Virus record (IMG/VR): IMGVR_UViG_3300023235_000008
Location: 62,001 to 126,000 of that record
DNA length: 64,000 bases
Direction: 5' to 3' (one strand)
Shown here: positions 47,999-58,185 of the stretch, one piece after another
How positions within the stretch are numbered: position 1 is the first letter of the stretch
Layout: every line of letters starts with the position of its first letter
Translations under genes and position numbers: made by a program
The notes under the pieces: model-generated
The model's database searches: none
What the model was told of the DNA's origin: nothing
Seen by the model: the letters and a program-made list of their open reading frames with translations, nothing else

Positions 47999-49217
47999 GT
48001 GTCAATGACGATTATATCATCGCCCTTGGACATAGTAGTATAACCGTCTTCACTTTTTACATCCCAGTTAGAATCATCTGAATGGGATGTTCCGCCAATG
48101 ATGCCAAGATTTCCATCTGATAGTTTTTCAACCACACTAGGGTCAAATCGCATTGTGCCCGATGTTTCAGTTCACCATCACTGATGAACTAACTGCTAAT
48201 TAACGATACTTAGCGAAGTATCTGACTTTAGATGCTACGTATGTTGATGGCACATGTGCGTGACTATCTAGAAGCTATTGGATTAGTTTCATCATCATTC
48301 AACTCATATACACGATCATCGTCATTCGTGTCAATCGTTCAACAGTAACCCGAACGTCTTCATATAACCGATTACGCCAGATGAACCTATTGCCCCGATT
48401 ACACCAGAGCCAGAAGTCATCGTTTTAGGTGATTTAGAAAGGGTTGATTTAAAATGAAAAATTGTCGTGCAGTTGATTTAAGATTGTAGTGAATTCACCA
48501 GTTTCAATGATAGTCACGGTTGGCACATTGTCTGATTCTGGTGCAATGTCTTGTGCAGTAGTAGGGATTTCTTCAACACCTGCATCGGTAGTAAAATCAT
48601 TTAATGCCTCGATATCTTCGTCCAACACTTGCATCGATTCTTCTAAGTATGATAATGCTTTGCCGTAAGCATCTACTATTTGTGCATCTGTGAAAACAAC
48701 CATATTACCAATATCATCCGTATTAACAATAACAGTATTATTCTTTTGATTAATAACAAGCAACTCGCCGCTTACTGCCTCAACGATAATCTCGCCGACG
48801 AACCCGCCAGCTTCTTCCATAAGGGAAACTTGTGTTCCATTATCATCAACGATTATACCGATTTGTGTTCCTCGAATACCGATAGTGGCAACAGGCGTGG
48901 TTAGTGTCATAGCATCAGGGTCTGTTTTTGCGATAGAGCCACTAACATGTAGCAATGCCTGTCAAAACCGACAAGCCCATAGAACCTTCCTGTGTCGCAG
49001 GGTCATAAATCATTTCGTCAATAACCATTGCGCCATCACTACCCATAGCAAATGCACTACCATCTTCGAAAATCATTGAAATATTACCAGACGATCCTGT
49101 ATTGATTTCGTCACCTTGAAAAATATTGTCGCCTTCTGATAATAGTATTTGCGTACCGTCAGCCTTTGTGACGGTTACATTACCTTCTAGAATATCTACT
49201 TTACCTATTGCTTTCAT
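47995..49217 (-). pseudogene. Degraded FecR-domain exoprotein-like gene
   Basis: AIGKV..LEG.V....DG...GD.I.TG...VSGSIAKTDPDAM.L.TPVATIGIRGT. Frameshifts near 48945, 48335 and 48160; ATAAATA and AGGAG upstream. Confidence 0.75.
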
Positions 49218-49259
49218 TTTTGTTTGACTCCTACTGTATTTATGTGTATGATAATCGTT

Positions 49260-49634
49260 ATGAATGAAAAACAAGGGTTTTGGAAATCATTGAATTGGGA
49301 TGATGCGGTATTTAATGACGCATTAAACAATAGTATGTTTGATTATGATGATCCATTTCTTTCAGTCACCCGTAACGTGACTAGCACCGAAGAAGACTTG
49401 ACAGGGGAAATCAACGATATATTTGTATTTTCGGGTTTGCCAAAAACAGTAGTAGATATAGATATTGACGAATATATAGACGACTATCATGAAGAATATG
49501 ACTACGAAATTTGCATTACAATGAATAAAGCTTCCATTAAAGAAATGTATTTTACGCATCCGAGTAACAATATTACCGAGTTTATCAAGGAACTTGAACA
49601 CATGGTTCGGAAGGCATTCGATAATATCACTTGA
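49260..49634 (+). CDS. Acidic hypothetical protein
   Basis: Open frame divergent from the FecR gene. Confidence 0.45.
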   Translation: MNEKQGFWKSLNWDDAVFNDALNNSMFDYDDPFLSVTRNVTSTEEDLTGEINDIFVFSGLPKTVVDIDIDEYIDDYHEEYDYEICITMNKASIKEMYFTHPSNNITEFIKELEHMVRKAFDNIT

Positions 49635-49693
49635 CATTGTTTGTCATTTCGTATAATATCTATTTGTAAGTTGATGAAACAGGAGTTACCAAA

Positions 49694-50041
49694 ATGAAGT
49701 TCAAGCTTTTTCAGATTCAGTTGACCGACGCAGAAGTTGCAAAAATCAATGCCGCTGGCGATCACAGTGCTGTTCCAAAGCAAGCAGCACGCATGGCACT
49801 TATGTTTGGTGATCATACAGTATCAGCCGCAGCCACAGCAATCGCCAAAGGGTTTTACACCCACGTTTCAAATATTACAGCCAATGATTTAGACGGCGTT
49901 TTTGAAGTTGGTAACATCGGTCCAGAAGAAAACATCGAGCGTTTTGGTCCAATGAGCAGCGTAAGCGTTGGCGATTTAATCGAAGACGAAGACGGAAATC
50001 GAGTCGTAGTAGCATCATTTGGTTTTAAAGAGGTAGCATAA
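49694..50041 (+). CDS. Early hypothetical protein
   Basis: AGGAG RBS downstream of TTGACA/TATAAT (49631-49657). Confidence 0.65.
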   Translation: MKFKLFQIQLTDAEVAKINAAGDHSAVPKQAARMALMFGDHTVSAAATAIAKGFYTHVSNITANDLDGVFEVGNIGPEENIERFGPMSSVSVGDLIEDEDGNRVVVASFGFKEVA

Positions 50042-50256
50042 TGACATTCCAAGAATTGAGAGCAGAGTTCAGTCGGCTGGACAATATAGGTGTTCCCCGA
50101 TATGTCATTCGTGCCAAGACAGGATCGGGCGGGACACTCACGCTGTTTACTTATCGTGGTTCACCAGAAGATGGTATTGCAAAAGCCAAAAGTGAAGCAG
50201 CCGCATTCGGTCAAACCGACCTTTACGATTTCACTGCGGAGAAAGCCAGTGCGTGA
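50041..50256 (+). CDS. Hypothetical protein
   Basis: GAGG RBS, coupled. Confidence 0.55.
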   Translation: MTFQELRAEFSRLDNIGVPRYVIRAKTGSGGTLTLFTYRGSPEDGIAKAKSEAAAFGQTDLYDFTAEKASA

Positions 50257-50412
50257 TCCAGAACGTATTACTGAAGTTCTTGAAGAACTCGAACGAGTGT
50301 GGCGCAAGAACCCTGACTGGCGATTAGGTCAAGTTATTGGCAACGTCATCCGTCCAAGCAATGATCCGTTTTATATCGAAGACGACAAAATGCTCGCAAG
50401 GCTTAAAAAGTT

Positions 50413-50733
50413 ATGAAAGAACAATACACACTGGTTGAGCATTCTGGACTTAGCGGTGCGGTAGAATGGATAGGCATTACCGCCAACGAAGCTACTCGTG
50501 TTGAAAAAGCGGGAGGGATTATGTTCGAAACATACCACGCCGCAGAAACCGCCGAATACGCTGCCAACTATCCAGACGATGATGAAATGGATGGTTTTTC
50601 CTTATATCCGACAGCCAAAGGAACATTTTCAACTAAGAAGTTGCGAGGTTTGCGAATCTATATTCCACGTGAACCTACCAAGGAAGAGTTTTGGGGGCAA
50701 ATGAACGGAACTCGAAAGAAAGCAGTTCTATAA
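50413..50733 (+). CDS. Hypothetical protein
   Basis: ATGA-coupled ORF. Confidence 0.55.
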   Translation: MKEQYTLVEHSGLSGAVEWIGITANEATRVEKAGGIMFETYHAAETAEYAANYPDDDEMDGFSLYPTAKGTFSTKKLRGLRIYIPREPTKEEFWGQMNGTRKKAVL

Positions 50734-50781
50734 GGGGTGGTCACCAAATAGACCCACGTGGTGTCACGGTTAGCCCACACG

Positions 50782-50807
50782 AAACCCCGACATATGTCGG
50801 GGTTTTT
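50782..50807 (+). terminator. Intrinsic terminator
   Basis: AAACCCCGACA-TA-TGTCGGGGTTTTT. Confidence 0.85.
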
Positions 50808-50826
50808 GTTTTTTGATAAATAACAT

Positions 50827-52458
50827 ATGAGAGCAAAACAGTTTTTAACCGAATATTATAACTATGATATTGAAAAGATGCAAAGCCGTCTTCTTCAAGA
50901 TAATTCTGCCGAACATTACGCAGACGAGTTTAGCAACTATTATAACTTTGCTAACCAATTGCCCGAATGGCTATCCCAATATGACCCAACACAGAATAAC
51001 AAGTACGTGAACTGGATGCTGGTAAAGTATCTCAAAGGCGGTATTCAACGTCTAGAAGATATTCCAGCAAAGATCGCCGATGCATTGGAATTATATTCTC
51101 GCTTGGCATTGAAAAAGAAGCTTGAGCCATTACATCGTGACATCAACCGTTTCAAAGGAACGAATGATTTACTTGATGTGTATGATTTTTACAAAGAGAA
51201 ATATGCTGATCAAGAGGATGATATTTCGGCGTCTAAGCAAGATAAAGCTAAGAGCATTGAACAGGAAATGATTGACAATAAGGAAGTTCATATTCTTCAT
51301 AACGATGCTGAATACAAAGTAGTCATTCCAGTTACCCATCGTGCAAGTTGTTACTTTGGTAAGAATACTCGTTGGTGTACCACTTCTGAAAACTCACCAA
51401 TGTATCACGATATGTATTCCAAAGATGGTCCGTTGGTTGTTATTCTACACAAACCATCTAACTCACGCTGGCAGTTCCACTATCCAACAAAACAGTATAT
51501 GGATGAACAAGACAGTCAAATAAACCTACAAGACTTCTTTGTAGAACACCCAAAAATGGTGAAACTGTTTATGAAGATGGGTCAAAAAGATGAAAGCGGT
51601 ATGGTTGAATCTCTTGGTGATGGGTTAGTATTGTTATTCGGCTCAGTGGTTGCAAGAGAAACAGGTGAATTAGTTAATTTATCTGATCTAAGTGATATAG
51701 CACCAGAAGCATTGCCAAAAATTATCAATGCGAAGATTGCCGAAACAGGCTACGACATCTTAGATATTCGTGATGGTAATGTTATTATTAATAAATGGAA
51801 AGATATTACTGAGTTTGCAAGTGAGTTGCAAGATATTACGGGTGAATGGCACGGCAGAGATAACCCTTCAATTTTTTGGGGATTGAAGGAGCTTGAAGAA
51901 CCGGAAATGGCTGATTTCCACGATTCAGACGTGGATGGTTTCTTTGCCTACCATACAAATCCTAAACTTGATAAAGTTATGGAAAAAGCAATGAAAGCTG
52001 AGTTAGATAATCTTGGTGTAGAATATGAAGAAGATGAATCTAATTCTGGTCTATATGATATTCTCCAATCAGAAGCAAGTTGGGATAGTGAAGTATTCTT
52101 GGCAATTAATAATGGTATCCGTTATGGGGAAGAGACTGGTCGCTATAAGGAACTATCATCAGATGTATGGAGTGCTATTGATGAAGTTGCTACGTCATAC
52201 GGTGGTCACGTTATATTCTATGGTGGCCAACCAGCATTTGACACCGAAGTATTCCTTGTTGCGCCATTGAACGACTTTATGCAAGAAATGAATTCTGAAT
52301 ATTTTGAAGAAAACTTGGGATACAGTGGATGGCTCAATGAAGAATTCCTTGAACGTGGCGCTGGTTTTGTCGAACAACCAAGATATGGATGGTCTGGTTT
52401 TGATGAAGACTCTGCCAATCAGCATATTATGTCAGAACTTGGAGCCTACGCAAAATAA
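50827..52458 (+). CDS. Large acidic phage protein, paralog of 632..2326
   Basis: MRAKQFLTE N-terminus; shared N-terminal domain blocks; ATAAATA 4 nt upstream. Confidence 0.78.
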   Translation: MRAKQFLTEYYNYDIEKMQSRLLQDNSAEHYADEFSNYYNFANQLPEWLSQYDPTQNNKYVNWMLVKYLKGGIQRLEDIPAKIADALELYSRLALKKKLEPLHRDINRFKGTNDLLDVYDFYKEKYADQEDDISASKQDKAKSIEQEMIDNKEVHILHNDAEYKVVIPVTHRASCYFGKNTRWCTTSENSPMYHDMYSKDGPLVVILHKPSNSRWQFHYPTKQYMDEQDSQINLQDFFVEHPKMVKLFMKMGQKDESGMVESLGDGLVLLFGSVVARETGELVNLSDLSDIAPEALPKIINAKIAETGYDILDIRDGNVIINKWKDITEFASELQDITGEWHGRDNPSIFWGLKELEEPEMADFHDSDVDGFFAYHTNPKLDKVMEKAMKAELDNLGVEYEEDESNSGLYDILQSEASWDSEVFLAINNGIRYGEETGRYKELSSDVWSAIDEVATSYGGHVIFYGGQPAFDTEVFLVAPLNDFMQEMNSEYFEENLGYSGWLNEEFLERGAGFVEQPRYGWSGFDEDSANQHIMSELGAYAK

Positions 52459-52460
52459 AC

Positions 52461-52489
52461 TTGACATAACCCCCCTACTAGCGTATAAT
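52461..52489 (+). promoter_or_regulatory. sigma70 consensus promoter
   Basis: TTGACA-N17-TATAAT. Confidence 0.85.
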
Positions 52490-52517
52490 ATAATGATATA
52501 TACCTATAGGAGTTAAT

Positions 52518-52799
52518 ATGCCACGACACTTTATTGTTGAAGTAAACCAAGATAATATCCGCATTGACGAAATGACCGAAGAAGGCAAGTATATTGATAC
52601 TTACCACAATACGGACGTAACTCGATTCATTGCACAAAATAACGTACAATCAAAATCTACAAAAACCAAACCACGTACAAAGTTTAAAAAACTAGATATC
52701 ACTATATCAGATGAAGCTATCCTTGAAACATACTTGCTGGTGGTAGAACAACACACAGATGGTACAGTAACCGATATTCATTATGACACTGAAATTTGA
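52518..52799 (+). CDS. Hypothetical protein
   Basis: AGGAG RBS. Confidence 0.6.
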   Translation: MPRHFIVEVNQDNIRIDEMTEEGKYIDTYHNTDVTRFIAQNNVQSKSTKTKPRTKFKKLDITISDEAILETYLLVVEQHTDGTVTDIHYDTEI

Positions 52800-52924
52800 A
52801 CTGATTGATTTTGCAAAAGCCAAGGCTCGTATCCTGCGTGAACGTGCCATTAAGCGTAGCAAGAATATAGTCGCATTTCCAAAGAAGCCAAAGAAATGAT
52901 TAAACAAATGAAAAAGGAATTGTT

Positions 52925-53233
52925 ATGATTACGTTAAAAGCATACCTGATGGCGCTAAGTAGAATTGTATCCGCTGAATTTTTTATGTTTTTCGGATTAG
53001 TATTAATGATAGTCGCACTTGGGTTGGAAGCCATTGGGCACGATTTGTATATGTTGTGGGTGGTATGGATATCCGTGGCGTTTCTGTCAGGATCAGCTCT
53101 ACACTTTTTATTTCAGGAAATTATAAACCCGATAAAAGTAAAATGGCAGCTGGCGGCTGAAAAAATACGCACGGAACTCATTGAAGATGAAAAGTACGGC
53201 GGCAAGAAGAAGCACAATTTTGGGAAACAATAA
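52925..53233 (+). CDS. Small membrane protein (2 TM)
   Basis: Two hydrophobic segments; AAGGA RBS. Confidence 0.55.
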   Translation: MITLKAYLMALSRIVSAEFFMFFGLVLMIVALGLEAIGHDLYMLWVVWISVAFLSGSALHFLFQEIINPIKVKWQLAAEKIRTELIEDEKYGGKKKHNFGKQ

Positions 53234-53450
53234 AGGATCAAGAAAATGATTAAACGTATATGGTTAGCATTGCTCGGCAATAAGTTCGCCCGTGCACGTC
53301 TGTTTAGCAGTAAACGACACACACCACATATTCCACCATCCGCTGTCGATGATGAAACTGTTGATAAATTACGAAAGGCTGGATTGTGATATTGCTATTT
53401 GCCCGAACTAATGCTATAATGGTATATTAAAACAAATGAAAATGGAGAAT

Positions 53451-53645
53451 ACAATGAAACTAAGCGATAAATTAAACAAAGTAGACGAACAGTTCACAAT
53501 CAATATGTACGATAATGGCTTCATGGTTGAAGTATGTGGTCGTGATAACGCTGATGAATGGACAAGCGCAAAGATTATGTGTAACACCGAAGATGAAGTT
53601 GTTGCACTCGTCAAAGAAGCCTGTTCAATGGGACGAACCACCTAA
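53451..53645 (+). CDS. Hypothetical protein
   Basis: GGAG RBS; FTINMYDNGFMVEV. Confidence 0.6.
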   Translation, partial: TMKLSDKLNKVDEQFTINMYDNGFMVEVCGRDNADEWTSAKIMCNTEDEVVALVKEACSMGRTT

Positions 53646-54278
53646 ATGGAACCCACCGAAGTTCTCAAGATATGGAACTACAAAGCTGGATATCAAGTCA
53701 GAACAGAAATACACGATGGTTCAGCATATGGATGCAGTGATACGATGATGAGAGTAGCATACTCCACCGATGGCGCTTATATCGGGGATTCTGTTTCAGC
53801 ATATCGAAAAGCTAAACGATTTGGTATCCAGCAATGGGAAAAATCTGCCGACGATCATAATGTATGTAGTATTGGCTTTAGCCCACGTGACCAAAAATGG
53901 TATGGATGGTCACATAGAGCTATTTACGGTTTCGGCATTGGTTCGGATTGTAAAAAAGGTGACTGTGGGTATATCCCCGAAGATGGTGAAGATTATCTTG
54001 ATGAAATGATTGCGTGGTGGACTGACGAATACTGCGAAAAAATATGGGGCGAACACGGAACACACCAACAGGAATACTACGACTATATTGAAGTCCCTTG
54101 CTCAAAAAAAGGTATGGGAGCGTATGCGCCTGATCCAGAATCAAAAACTCTTGGTGAAATAGAACACGGCGTATGGGTGCATTCATTATACAACGATAAA
54201 GTGCCAAACGAAAAACTACGTGGGACAACAAAAAGTAATTTTTCACCGTATCCAGATTTTGGCAAAGGTGATCAGTAG
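53646..54278 (+). CDS. Phage hypothetical protein
   Basis: CSIGFS...QKWYGWSHRAIYGFGIG motif. Confidence 0.6.
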   Translation: MEPTEVLKIWNYKAGYQVRTEIHDGSAYGCSDTMMRVAYSTDGAYIGDSVSAYRKAKRFGIQQWEKSADDHNVCSIGFSPRDQKWYGWSHRAIYGFGIGSDCKKGDCGYIPEDGEDYLDEMIAWWTDEYCEKIWGEHGTHQQEYYDYIEVPCSKKGMGAYAPDPESKTLGEIEHGVWVHSLYNDKVPNEKLRGTTKSNFSPYPDFGKGDQ

Positions 54279-54697
54279 TGCCTCTTTTTGATGATACTAA
54301 GGATGAATATAAGTTGCTGTTTGGTTGGGTTCTGAATACGCACGGAGTTACACGTACAGTAATACTTACGAAAAAGTATGCTATCAAATTACCTGCTTTA
54401 CACTACGGTTGGAAAAACACACTGTGGGGTCTTCTAGCTAACATGCAGGAAGCCTCATTCTCTAGTCTTGTAAAAGAAAGTGAAGGCAAGTTATGCCCTG
54501 TGTTATTCAATATTCCGGGGGGCTGGATGACCATTCAACCCCGATGCGAGCCTATGGAATTTCAGGAGTTCCTTGAATTTTACTCCGAGTTAAAAAATTG
54601 GAAACAGCTAGACAATTTCGATATACCCTGTGAAGACAAACATGATAGTTTCGGTAGACTAAACGGAAAAATTGTTTGTTTTGACTACGGCACTTAA
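54278..54697 (+). CDS. Hypothetical protein (possible kinase-like fold)
   Basis: GVTRTV...YAIKLP...E.K..SFG.L.GKIVCFDYG. Confidence 0.45.
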   Translation: MPLFDDTKDEYKLLFGWVLNTHGVTRTVILTKKYAIKLPALHYGWKNTLWGLLANMQEASFSSLVKESEGKLCPVLFNIPGGWMTIQPRCEPMEFQEFLEFYSELKNWKQLDNFDIPCEDKHDSFGRLNGKIVCFDYGT

Positions 54698-54710
54698 CCG
54701 GAGAAATACT

Positions 54711-54970
54711 GTGGCAACTAATACCCTTAAGCGAGAAGCTGTTACCCCACGTAGCCCTATTTGGTATAGTGTACAGGAACTCTTGCACAACCATTTAGGT
54801 AATCAACCAAACCTACGTCCTCATACGTTGATACGAAATATCGACAATTTGGATAGTCTCGATTCCCTTGAAATACCCCTTGGCAATCGAAGCTGAGTAC
54901 GGTATAAACGTCAGTGACGATGAATTTGAAAGCTGCTCCACGCTCGAAGATTTAGTAGGTCACCAACGGC
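54711..54970 (+). pseudogene. Frameshifted acyl carrier protein-like gene
   Basis: LDSLDSLEI(P)L/AIEAEYGINVSDDEFE...TLEDLV. DSL is the phosphopantetheine Ser motif; there is one extra C in the run at 54876-54879. Confidence 0.7.
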
Positions 54971-55066
54971 ACAGGATTTTGCCCGTTTATTGTGAACGCC
55001 GTCGTTTAATATCCTTGGTTTTACTTATCTTATGTCTATATGTTATTTATGTTTTTTATGTTTTTA

Positions 55067-55095
55067 TTGACATTTGGTTAAAAAACCTGTATAAT
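55067..55095 (+). promoter_or_regulatory. sigma70 consensus promoter
   Basis: TTGACA-N17-TATAAT. Confidence 0.85.
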
Positions 55096-55126
55096 AAAGC
55101 TATAAACAATAACAATTGGAGTTAAT

Positions 55127-55684
55127 ATGACAAATAATGTAGAACGGCCAGACTGGTCGAGGTACTATATTTCGATGTGCTACTTGGCTGCGTCAAGATC
55201 AACAGACGAATCAACACACGCTGGCGCAGTTATTGTCCGTCCTGATAATAGTGTCGTGTCTACAGGATACAACGGACCTATTCGTGGAATGGACATAGAT
55301 GACGTTCCCCAAACTCGCCCAGAGAAGTATTTCTATATGGAACACGGCGAGAGGAACGCTATATACAACGCTGCAAAGAATCAAGGCGGTCTGGATGGAT
55401 GTAGGCTTTACGTGAACTTCCTGCCGTGTGCTGACTGCGCAAGGGCCATCGTACAAGCTGGCATCACAGAAGTTATTGTTCACGTAGAAGGTCAAGCAGC
55501 ATTTGAAGAAGCTAATGGAAACACTGGTGGTGAATGGGATGCTTCACAGCAAGCTACGATGAAGATTTTTGAAACAACGGATGGATATGGTCCTACAAAA
55601 ATAATATCAAGTATCCTTCGTTGGTGGTCTGGTGAACTTCATACACCAACAGGATTTTTCAGAGGAAAGGAGTTTAACTTATGA
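55127..55684 (+). CDS. dCMP deaminase
   Basis: A.RS.D...GAVIV...STGYNG, EHGERNAI, PCADCARAIVQAGI. Confidence 0.9.
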   Translation: MTNNVERPDWSRYYISMCYLAASRSTDESTHAGAVIVRPDNSVVSTGYNGPIRGMDIDDVPQTRPEKYFYMEHGERNAIYNAAKNQGGLDGCRLYVNFLPCADCARAIVQAGITEVIVHVEGQAAFEEANGNTGGEWDASQQATMKIFETTDGYGPTKIISSILRWWSGELHTPTGFFRGKEFNL

Positions 55685-55975
55685 ACAAGTTAGATGATTA
55701 TATTTCAGATGCTATCAGTGATTTCTTGTATTACGACAGGGAAGAAGATGAAGACCTACCTGCTGGGGAAATTGAGCGCATGATTGAAGATGGCGAAGTA
55801 ACAGTGGATCAAATTACTGAAATGTTCAAAAAACATTTAGAAGAAGGATTAGGTTCGTTCACTGGCAATGAATGCTCTTTTGAAATCACGTATATGACCA
55901 ACCGCAATACGCTATGTCCAGTGTGGCATTAAGCCAAGATCACGTTGTATTGAGTATTAGAAAAAAGGATTAAAA

Positions 55976-56314
55976 ATGTTCGGACTATTTAAAAAGAAAA
56001 AGGTTGACCCGTCCAAATCAGAAAAAGAAATCGCCACCGAAAAAGGCGAAATATATTTCAAAGTATTACAGTTTGATTTTGAGCCAGAAAATCCATCCGA
56101 AGGTTCATTTGAACTCGATTGGAATATCTTTGCTGTTCAGAAACTGCGTGAAATGGGATACCCCGGTCAAAGCGACGAAGACGTTATCGATAACTATTTC
56201 ACATACGTTTGTCGCAATATTGCGTTACAACAGTATGAAAATGAAATGGGCGATCCGTCAAATCGTTTACCAAAACGTGTTGACTTGGGCGATGGGCGAG
56301 CCGAGTATAAATGA
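55976..56314 (+). CDS. Hypothetical protein
   Basis: AAGGA RBS; FELDWN.F...L...GY.G. Confidence 0.65.
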   Translation: MFGLFKKKKVDPSKSEKEIATEKGEIYFKVLQFDFEPENPSEGSFELDWNIFAVQKLREMGYPGQSDEDVIDNYFTYVCRNIALQQYENEMGDPSNRLPKRVDLGDGRAEYK

Positions 56315-57000
56315 TTCTCGTAACAAACGGCGATAGTCATACGGCTGGTGCAGAACTATACGATGATTATTGTTTTGCTAATGATGATCCAGACTATGTA
56401 GTGTTTGGTCGAAAACCACACCCATCATGTTTAATGAAGTCGTTCGGTGAAAAGATTGCCAATATGCACGACATTGAACACGTATCATTCGCCGAGTCAG
56501 CATCGTCAAATCAACGCATAATTCGCACAACGCCATGGAAGTATCTATCGGAGCAACCATCATTTTTATTAGTTGGTTGGTCAACGTGGGAACGTGAAGA
56601 ATGGGAGTTAGGCGAGGAATATTATCAGCTTACTGCATCAGGAGCTGATGATGTTCCCGAAGGATATAAAGAACGATACAAGGATTGGGTTCGGGCACAA
56701 ACACCTGAAATGATTCAAAATAAAATGTATGATTGGAATGACCGAATCTACCAATTTCATCTGCGTCTAAAAGACGAGAAGATTAAGCATTTATTCTTTA
56801 ACGCTATCAACCCGCTCGAAGTAGGTGATTACGAACACGATTTTGGTGACAGCTATTTCCACCCATATGAAAAACAATACACGATGTGTCAGTATCTAAA
56901 AAATAGCAAACATAACCCAAATAAAAACAACCATTATAACGAAATAGCACACGCCGATTGGGCGAACGTGTTGTATGAAAAAATAAGATTTAAATTATAA
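56311..57000 (+). CDS. SGNH/GDSL-like hypothetical protein
   Basis: LVTNGDSHTAG, ASSNQRI, C-terminal H in NHYNE.AH. Confidence 0.55.
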   Translation: MILVTNGDSHTAGAELYDDYCFANDDPDYVVFGRKPHPSCLMKSFGEKIANMHDIEHVSFAESASSNQRIIRTTPWKYLSEQPSFLLVGWSTWEREEWELGEEYYQLTASGADDVPEGYKERYKDWVRAQTPEMIQNKMYDWNDRIYQFHLRLKDEKIKHLFFNAINPLEVGDYEHDFGDSYFHPYEKQYTMCQYLKNSKHNPNKNNHYNEIAHADWANVLYEKIRFKL

Positions 57001-57056
57001 AATATTGACATCAATAACTATATGATGTAAAGTAGTATATAAAAGGATTACACACA

Positions 57057-58124
57057 TTGGCAAAATATCTATTAGTTGATACACTGAATACTTTCTATCG
57101 GGCGCGCCATATGGCACCTCGCCGCTCAGATGCTTGGACAAAGATTGGCTTTGCACTGCACATCACTCTAAGCATCGTCAATAAATCGTTCCAGAAGGAA
57201 GGTGCGGATCACGTTGTTTTCTGCACCGAAGGGCGTAGTTGGCGTAAAGAAGTATACGAACCATATAAAAAGAATCGTCAGGTATTACGTGACAAGAAAA
57301 CCGTTGCCGAAACCGAAGAAGATGAAGAATTCTTTGAAGCATACAAAGAGTTTCTTGATTACATTCGAGAGAAATCCAACTGCACCTTATTGCATTGTGA
57401 TATCGCAGAAGCCGACGACTTGATTGCACGATGGATCGCACAGCACCCAGATGATGAAAACGTCATTTTGAGTAGTGATAGTGACTTCGTTCAGTTAATC
57501 AATCCCAACACACACATCTATAACGGCATCAACAACCACTTGATTACTACCGAGGGTTATTTTGACGATAACGGACATCGTGTGAAGCAAACTATAAAAG
57601 CACGTGATGCTGGTGGCAATCTTATCAAAGAAGAAAAGATGGTTGGCGGCAAGATGAAAAAAGTTCAGGTTATGACCAAAGAAGAGAAACCTGCACCTGA
57701 TGTAAAATGGGCGTTATTTGAAAAATGTATGCGTGGCGATACAAGCGATAACATTTTCAGTGCATATCCCGGTGTTCGCACAAAGGGTAGTTCTAAAAGC
57801 ATCGGTCTTGAAGAAGCATTTGCCGATATGGATAACCGTGGTTTTAAGTGGAATAATATGATGTTGCAACGTTGGACAGATCACAATGATGTAGAACATC
57901 GAGTGCTTGACGACTACAACCGCAACGTAGAGTTGGTCGATCTTACGGCGCAACCGGAAAGCATCAAAGAATACATTGATGAAAGCATTGCATCACAACT
58001 ACAAGCAAAGAATGTACCACACGCTGGTCGGGAGTTTCTTCGTTTCTGTGGTAAATATGATTTGAATAAACTTGCCGATTTTACGAAACAATATACACAA
58101 TGGCTTGGAAAGAATTACGAATAA
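57057..58124 (+). CDS. 5'-3' exonuclease / phage RNase H (T4 rnh-like)
   Basis: LLVDT.N.F.R, EGRSWRK, EADDLIA, LSSDSDF, GDTSDNI. Confidence 0.9.
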   Translation: MAKYLLVDTLNTFYRARHMAPRRSDAWTKIGFALHITLSIVNKSFQKEGADHVVFCTEGRSWRKEVYEPYKKNRQVLRDKKTVAETEEDEEFFEAYKEFLDYIREKSNCTLLHCDIAEADDLIARWIAQHPDDENVILSSDSDFVQLINPNTHIYNGINNHLITTEGYFDDNGHRVKQTIKARDAGGNLIKEEKMVGGKMKKVQVMTKEEKPAPDVKWALFEKCMRGDTSDNIFSAYPGVRTKGSSKSIGLEEAFADMDNRGFKWNNMMLQRWTDHNDVEHRVLDDYNRNVELVDLTAQPESIKEYIDESIASQLQAKNVPHAGREFLRFCGKYDLNKLADFTKQYTQWLGKNYE

Positions 58125-58185
58125 TATTGCAATTGTCGATAAATAGGTATATAATGTGTATTAATATTAACAGGGGAGAAAAGTA

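Noticed and set aside
50734-50781. Possible riboswitch or attenuator upstream of the terminator
   Set aside because: Only short hairpins, with no aptamer consensus I can recognise and no leader peptide; only the terminator is supported.
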